Source: an uncultured Acidobacteriota bacterium (GTDB lineage: Bacteria > Acidobacteriota > Vicinamibacteria > Vicinamibacterales > 2-12-FULL-66-21). From it: a stretch of DNA of 64,000 bases. The stretch's first letter is position 1, and every line of letters begins with the position of its first letter. Under the pieces are notes generated by a model that made no database searches, had not been told where the DNA came from, and worked only from the letters and a program-made list of their open reading frames with translations. Of the stretch, positions 58,703-64,000 are shown piece after piece. Position numbers and translations under genes: made by a program. Where the stretch lies: the NCBI GenBank assembly GCA_963730995.1, contig CAVSUB010000013.1, forward strand, positions 2,173,167 through 2,237,166, read 5' to 3'.

Positions 58703-58745
58703 GTCAGGAGATCAGAAGACCAAAACCCCTTGATCTTCTGATCTC
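58703..58745 (-). terminator. Perfect 15-bp hairpin (CAGGAGATCAGAAGA...TCTTCTGATCTCCTG) just downstream of the FkbM gene.
   Basis: The 15/15-bp stem has a 13-nt loop. A third partial copy of GATCAGAAG lies immediately 5' on the plus strand. No U-tract follows. Confidence 0.45.
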
Positions 58746-58786
58746 CTGTGGTTGACGGCGCCTCAAGAGAGATCCACCCAACGAAT

Positions 58787-59575
58787 TCAATGGGGAGTCT
58801 GCCGGGCGAGGCTGTCTCGAAGCGGCTCGAAATAGAGATTCTCCAGATCCACCCACATGTACTTGCCGATCACGACGTAGCCGTGTCCGGCGAAGTAGTC
58901 GAGAATCTGCTGCCGAACGGGCAGGAGTCCCTCGACGCACACCAGCGAAGGCTTGAAGCGCTCGATGTCGAAGCCCGCGAGCGCTTGAGGCTCGTGCAGC
59001 TCGATGTCCATAGAGAGAAAATCGATCCGCTGGATCTTTTCCGAGTCGAGGATGTCGTCGAGCGTCATCGTCGGAACGTCACGCACTTCTGCGGGATCCC
59101 CGAACGACTTCACGAAGGCCTCGTTCGACGAGGCGACCTGGTCTTTCCTGCGTCGAAGGTAGAGACGCGCCGTGTGATTCGATTGATTCGAAACGAAGAA
59201 CGGCAGGAACCTGGTCCGAGGCCGGTACGCCTTGTACTCGTCTGCGAACTCCCGCTGCGGCTCGATCGCTATACCCGACCACCCCAGCCTGGATTCGAGG
59301 TAGTACGTCTTGCTCGCCACTTTGTAGTGATTGGCGCCCACGTCGACGAACACACCACCAGGCCGGTCCTGGAAGTAGTCGCGAATGAGCCATTCTTCTT
59401 CACGCTCCGAGAAGTGATCGGGACCGTACTTCTTCTTGAAGCCGGCGAGCTCAGTCGCGCTCATCGCCGAACTCCCGGATGTTCCAGAGGCGTCGGCGCG
59501 CCCATTCTGCTGCGCGCGGCAGCTTGCCACCGCCATCACTCCCGCCAGACCGAGAACCGCCGCCTTGAACGTCAC
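58787..59575 (-). CDS. FkbM-family methyltransferase, with a predicted signal peptide.
   Basis: The product has the FkbM-domain pattern (VFVDVGANHYKVASKTYYLE...WSGIAIEPQ...IDFLSMDIE). Confidence 0.65.
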   Translation of the reverse strand: MTFKAAVLGLAGVMAVASCRAQQNGRADASGTSGSSAMSATELAGFKKKYGPDHFSEREEEWLIRDYFQDRPGGVFVDVGANHYKVASKTYYLESRLGWSGIAIEPQREFADEYKAYRPRTRFLPFFVSNQSNHTARLYLRRRKDQVASSNEAFVKSFGDPAEVRDVPTMTLDDILDSEKIQRIDFLSMDIELHEPQALAGFDIERFKPSLVCVEGLLPVRQQILDYFAGHGYVVIGKYMWVDLENLYFEPLRDSLARQTPH

Positions 59576-59702
59576 GGCGGAGATCTTACCGGATTCACGA
59601 AATGGTCCGCTCTGTGGATTGCCCTCGTCGTCTGTCGAGCGGAAGCACTCGGCCGACTTTGCGGGATCGAAGCCGAACGCCGCGTCCGCCCCATCAGGAT
59701 TG

Positions 59703-60731
59703 ATGATAGAAATGCACTACATGCAGAATGTTCTCCGCGCTTTTAGTCTCGCTCTCATTTCCGTCGTCGGGCTCGGCCGGATCGTGGGTGCCCAGAACCC
59801 CTCTCCTCCTTCGCCTGCGTGGGCCTACGGCTTCCCGCCCCTGGCCGATGACCAACCGGCCGTGAGCGGAACCCCCGCCCCCGCTGCGACGCCGGCGCGT
59901 CCACCGGACACGTCGCTCAAGCGAATCCCGGGCAGCTCCAAGGAGTTCACGCTGGCGCACATCCGGGACTATTGGGACGTCGGCGACTGGTTTCCCGAGG
60001 ACCACCCGCCGATGCCCAGCGTGGTCGTCCACGGTCGTCAGCCGCACGTACGAGGCTGCGCGATGTGTCACATGCCGAACGGCAAAGGGCGGCCGGAAAA
60101 CGCTCCGATTGCGGGTCAGTCGTACGCCTATATCCTTCAGCAGCTGACAGACTTCAAGAACGGCCTGCGCGCGAGCGCCGATCCTCGGAAGCTCAACACC
60201 ACTCAGATGATCGAAGCCGCGAAGGACATGACGGACGATGAGATGAAAGCGGCCTCTGAGTATTTCTCGTCGATGAAGTGGACGCCGTGGATCCGCGTCG
60301 TCGAGGCCGCGGACGTGCCGAAGACGCGGCTCTCCGGCAACGTGTTCATGCCTCTAGCCGAAGGCGGCACAGAGCCCCTCGGCAATCGCATCGTCGAATC
60401 ACCGGAGAGTGCCGAGCGCTTCGAGCTTCGCGATCCGCGCTCGGGCTTCATCGCCTACGTTCCACCCGGCAGCCTTCAGAAGGGCGCGGCGCTCGTGGCG
60501 AGCGGCGGTGGCAAGACGACGCCATGCGGCGTCTGTCACGGCACCGACTTGAACGGCCTGGGCCCGGTCCCTGCGATCGCCGGGAGATCGCCGAGCTATC
60601 TCGTGCGCCAGATGTACGACATGCAGCAGGGCACCCGCAAGGGCGCGTGGTCTCCGCTGATGAAGCCTGTCGTGGCGAATCTGACGCAAGACGACATGCT
60701 GGCTATCGCAGCGTACGTGGCGTCACGCTGA
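59703..60731 (+). CDS. Di-haem c-type cytochrome, secreted.
   Basis: A signal peptide is followed by two CxxCH motifs (CAMCH and CGVCH), each followed by a Met-containing segment. Alternative starts are at 59712 and 59721. Confidence 0.8.
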   Translation: MIEMHYMQNVLRAFSLALISVVGLGRIVGAQNPSPPSPAWAYGFPPLADDQPAVSGTPAPAATPARPPDTSLKRIPGSSKEFTLAHIRDYWDVGDWFPEDHPPMPSVVVHGRQPHVRGCAMCHMPNGKGRPENAPIAGQSYAYILQQLTDFKNGLRASADPRKLNTTQMIEAAKDMTDDEMKAASEYFSSMKWTPWIRVVEAADVPKTRLSGNVFMPLAEGGTEPLGNRIVESPESAERFELRDPRSGFIAYVPPGSLQKGAALVASGGGKTTPCGVCHGTDLNGLGPVPAIAGRSPSYLVRQMYDMQQGTRKGAWSPLMKPVVANLTQDDMLAIAAYVASR

Positions 60732-61240
60732 CGCGCATCGGGATCCGCCGTCCTGGGTCCGGGATCCGTAGACACCGGGCTATTCGACTTGTTCATGCCA
60801 ACCCTTACGACGTCCGCTGATCTCTGGCCACGATCTTTCCGAGCACCGACCACGGATTCCTGATCCCTGACCTCGACATGATCCACCCCCATGCTTGAAT
60901 CCCGCGTCCTCCCGCAGCGGCGCCTTCCCGTCGCCGCTCGCGCGATCGTCGTGCTGCTCATAGGAGCCGGCCTAGCACTCCTCTATGCGAAGAAGATCGA
61001 GCGACGCATGCCGGACTATGAGGTGTACCGCCGCGCCGCGGCCCGGGCGGCGCGCGCGGAGCCTCTTTACCGACCCAGCGACGGGCACTATCAGTTCAAG
61101 TTCCTCGATCTGCTATCTCGTGATCATCGGCGGGCTCGTCGCGCTGCGGGCGCAGAGGGTGGCGTGAACGGCTGACAGCTATCAGCTGTCAGCTCTCAGC
61201 TTCGTGCGGAATTCACGCCCGACTCGAGTGAATTCCGGGA

Positions 61241-63013
61241 CTATGGCCAAGTGGGCACCATCCATGTGAACACATACGCCTGCAGCATCACGATGACGCC
61301 CATGATCGTGACGAGGCCGAGGCTGTGCCAGAAGACGAACCGCAGGATCTGGCCCTCCTGGCCGGGCTGATTCGTCGCGGCCGTTGCCACGACGATGCTC
61401 TGTGCGTCGATCATTTTTCCCATGACGCCGCCCGTGCTGTTCGCCGCGGTGATCAGCACCGGATTGAGACCGAGCTGCTGCGCCGTAATTTTCTGCAAGC
61501 TGCCGAAGAGCACGTTCGAGCTCGTGTCTGAGCCTGTCAGCGCAACGCCCAGCCATCCGAGGAACGCCGCGAAGAACGGATACAGGACACCCGTGCGCGT
61601 GAAGGCGAGACCGAGCGTCGCGTCCGTGCCTCCGTAGCGCGTGACGAATCCGAGCGAGAGCATGAACGCGATCGTCAGAAGAGACCATCGCATCCGAATC
61701 AGGGTCATACGGACCATCTGGCCGACGATGCGCTTGGGAATCCGGAGATAGATGACCGTTACGAATGAAGCCAGGAGGATCGCCGTCCCCGTGGCGGACA
61801 GCCAATTGAACGTGAACCTCGCAGCCTCCGCGTTCCTGGCTTTGTACGCGGGCTCTTGGAGACGAGCGCGATCGACAGGCGCGGTCACGACCGGATAGTC
61901 GCGGTAGACCATCTGATGGAGCCCCGGGACGTTGAATGCGGGAGACAGCACGGGATGCGGCGAGGGTGGGCGCCCCGTCGACAGATAGCTCGCTGCGCCG
62001 GCGGGCCCCGCGTTGAGGAAGGCTTTCACCGTGCCCGCGCCCCATGCCGTTACGAACACGGACAGAAAAATCCATGGCATCCACGCGCGGAGGATCGAGG
62101 CGGTGGTCAGCGCCGGACCTGAAGGCCGCGCACCTGTTGAGACGTGCCGGGCCTCGTCCCCCGACCGGGTGATTCCGCCAGGCGAAAAATCCCACTGCTC
62201 CCGCGGTTTCCACCAGAGGCAGAAGAGACCAAGGCAGCCGAGCGACGCGAGCCCGCCGATAATGTCCACGAGCTCGGGGCCGACGTAGTTGCTCCAGAGA
62301 AACTGGACGATGGCAAACGATCCTCCGCTGACGAGGACGGCCGGCCAGACGCCTCGCAACCCACGCCAACCGCTCATGGTCACGACCAGCCATGCCGGAA
62401 CGATCAGCGAGACGATCGGCAGCTGCCGCCCGGCCATCGCGCTCAGCACCCCTGCCGGAATATCGGTGATCGCCGCCAGGGTCAGGATCGGCGTGCCAAT
62501 CGCCCCGAAGGCGACCGGCGCCGTATTGGCGATGAGCGAGAGACCTGCGGAGTAAAGCGGAGTGAAACCCAGACCGTTGAGCAGAGCGGCGGTAATCGCG
62601 ACCGGTGTGCCGAAACCGGCCGCCCCCTCGATGAACGCACCGAACGAGAACGCGACGAGGAGCGCCTGGATGCGTCGATCGGCGGAGAGCCGCGCGACTG
62701 ACGTCTTCACGGCCTCGAACTGCCCCGCCGCGACGGTCAGGTTGTACAGGAAGACGGCGTTGACGACAATCCAGCCAATCGGAAAGAGCCCGTAGGCCGC
62801 GCCGTCGACCGCTGCGCCGAGCGCGGTCGAAACGGGCATCCCGTAGACGACGATCGATACGAGCAGCGCCGCGGTCAGGCCCGTGAGCGCGGCCCAATGT
62901 GCTTTCCACTCCAGCAGTCCCAGACTGATCAGCAGCAGAACAATAGGGATCGCCGCGAGCACCGTACTCAACCAGGCATGGTGGAGCGGATCGTAGAGTT
63001 GAACCCACTCCAT
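61241..63013 (-). CDS. L-lactate permease (LctP family).
   Basis: The 590-aa polytopic protein has a characteristic LctP N-terminus (MEWVQLYDPLHHAWLSTVLAAIPIVLLL) and conserved blocks throughout. Confidence 0.9.
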   Translation of the reverse strand: MEWVQLYDPLHHAWLSTVLAAIPIVLLLISLGLLEWKAHWAALTGLTAALLVSIVVYGMPVSTALGAAVDGAAYGLFPIGWIVVNAVFLYNLTVAAGQFEAVKTSVARLSADRRIQALLVAFSFGAFIEGAAGFGTPVAITAALLNGLGFTPLYSAGLSLIANTAPVAFGAIGTPILTLAAITDIPAGVLSAMAGRQLPIVSLIVPAWLVVTMSGWRGLRGVWPAVLVSGGSFAIVQFLWSNYVGPELVDIIGGLASLGCLGLFCLWWKPREQWDFSPGGITRSGDEARHVSTGARPSGPALTTASILRAWMPWIFLSVFVTAWGAGTVKAFLNAGPAGAASYLSTGRPPSPHPVLSPAFNVPGLHQMVYRDYPVVTAPVDRARLQEPAYKARNAEAARFTFNWLSATGTAILLASFVTVIYLRIPKRIVGQMVRMTLIRMRWSLLTIAFMLSLGFVTRYGGTDATLGLAFTRTGVLYPFFAAFLGWLGVALTGSDTSSNVLFGSLQKITAQQLGLNPVLITAANSTGGVMGKMIDAQSIVVATAATNQPGQEGQILRFVFWHSLGLVTIMGVIVMLQAYVFTWMVPTWP

Positions 63014-63145
63014 CAGACGACCCTCGACTCTCGTCCCGATTTCGGCATGCGAAACGCTCCGGCTCGTGTGATCCGCTGCCGAATGGCAGCGGTCCTAGAC
63101 GATATACTGTCGCCCGCACAGGCGACAGAGAAACGAAGGTCTCAA

Positions 63146-64000
63146 CATGCCGACAGATCGCACCGAGGCCGCCTACACGGTGGCAAGGCAGCAATATGCC
63201 GACCACGGCGTCGACACCGGCGCCGCGCTCGCGGCGCTCGCGCAGGTGCCCGTTTCGCTCCACTGCTGGCAGGGCGACGATGTCGGCGGATTCGAGAACT
63301 TTGGGGAATCGCTCGGCGGAGGCATCGCCGCGACCGGGAACTACCCGGGACGCGCGCGCACGCCTGACGAGTTGAGGTCGGACGCCGCCAAGGCGCTGTC
63401 ACTCATACCCGGCACGCACCGATTCAATCTGCACGCCTTTTACGGGGACTTCGGCGGCAAGCGTGTCGAGCGCGACGAGATTGGACCGGAACATTTCGCC
63501 GGATGGATCGACTGGGCGAAGTCGCTGGGGATTGGTCTCGACTTCAACCCGACGTTCTTCTCGCACCCCAAGGCGGCCGACAACTTCACGCTGGCACACC
63601 AGGACGCAGGAGTCCGGAAGTTCTGGATACGTCACGCGATCGCGTGCCGTCGTGTAGGCGCCGCGATGGGTGCCGCGCTCAGTAAACCCTGTGTGACGAA
63701 CCACTGGATCCCGGACGGCATGAAGGACACCCCGGTGGATCGCCTGCGTCCCCGCGAGCGCCTGATAGCGTCACTGGACGAAATCTTCCAGGCTCCCGTC
63801 GATCGCGCTCACAATCTCGATGCGGTCGAAGGCAAGCTGTTCGGCCTCGGCATCGAGAGCTACACGGTCGGCTCGCACGAGTTCTATTTCGGCTACGCGG
63901 CGTCCCGCAAGCTGCTCTACACGCTCGATACGGGCCACTACCACCCGACGGAGACCATCGTCGACAAGATCAGCGCCGTGTTGATGTTCGTGCCGGAGAT
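63146..64000 (+). CDS. rhaA: L-rhamnose isomerase (RhaA), N-terminal 285 aa; the gene continues past the window end.
   Basis: The ORF is open to the window edge and so is not in the supplied ORF track. Its translation ([51 protein letters not shown]...NLHAFYGD...WIPDGMKD...[14 protein letters not shown]...DTGHYHPTE) is collinear with E. coli RhaA block by block. An AAGG RBS is present. Confidence 0.9.

Noticed and set aside
1-64000. Search for tRNA, rRNA, CRISPR arrays, integrases/transposases and phage genes.
   Set aside because: I found no regularly spaced direct repeats, no cloverleaf-like conserved tRNA boxes in the intergenic regions and no recombinase-like ORFs. Apart from three gene remnants and one tandem paralog pair, the window looks like ordinary core or shell chromosome.

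Overview
This 64-kb window is a very GC-rich (about 65-70%) bacterial chromosomal segment. The gene content points to Acidobacteria, possibly a Vicinamibacteria-like genome. Supporting content: two full-length ADOP-type FtsX/MacB permeases and a PadR-linked degraded one, a TIGR03436-like VWA protein, two PD40/TolB-like beta-propeller proteins, many Sec/TAT-secreted hydrolases, and ECF sigma factors.

I call about 55 protein-coding genes, densely packed on both strands. I found no rRNA, tRNA, CRISPR array, integrase or transposase.

Gene content by function:
- Regulation: two ECF sigma factors, one with an overlapping anti-sigma gene and one ECF41-type with a fused regulatory domain; a soluble histidine kinase plus CheY-like regulator; a large STAND-ATPase LuxR regulator; an ArsR/AHSA1 pair; a PadR.
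- Redox and catabolism: IorA/IorB-like molybdenum hydroxylase subunits, a BBE-like FAD oxidase, a Gfo/Idh/MocA oxidoreductase, an enolase-superfamily enzyme, a frameshifted GH67 alpha-glucuronidase, a DUF1080 protein, an SGNH esterase, and the start of rhaA.
- Housekeeping: tyrS and cbiA.
- Membrane and transport: a flotillin/SPFH protein, mgtE, an L-lactate permease.

Points of note:
- A 120-bp intergenic gap is filled entirely by tandem GGTTCTAG octamers arranged as a long interrupted hairpin.
- An APC-Usp-MgtE region reads as one open frame.
- Two tandem ECF41-type promoter motifs (GGTCACA-N16-CGTC) sit upstream of a VOC gene.
- Several operator-like palindromes and a few intrinsic-terminator-like hairpins occur in intergenic regions.
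- Three gene remnants are present: the C-terminus of an APH(6), an internally deleted ADOP permease, and a possible glycosyltransferase N-terminal piece.
- Four separate genes each carry a single-base frameshift of the same +1 type. That pattern suggests either real pseudogenes or indel errors in a draft assembly.

Numbers such as GC content are estimated by eye, not computed.
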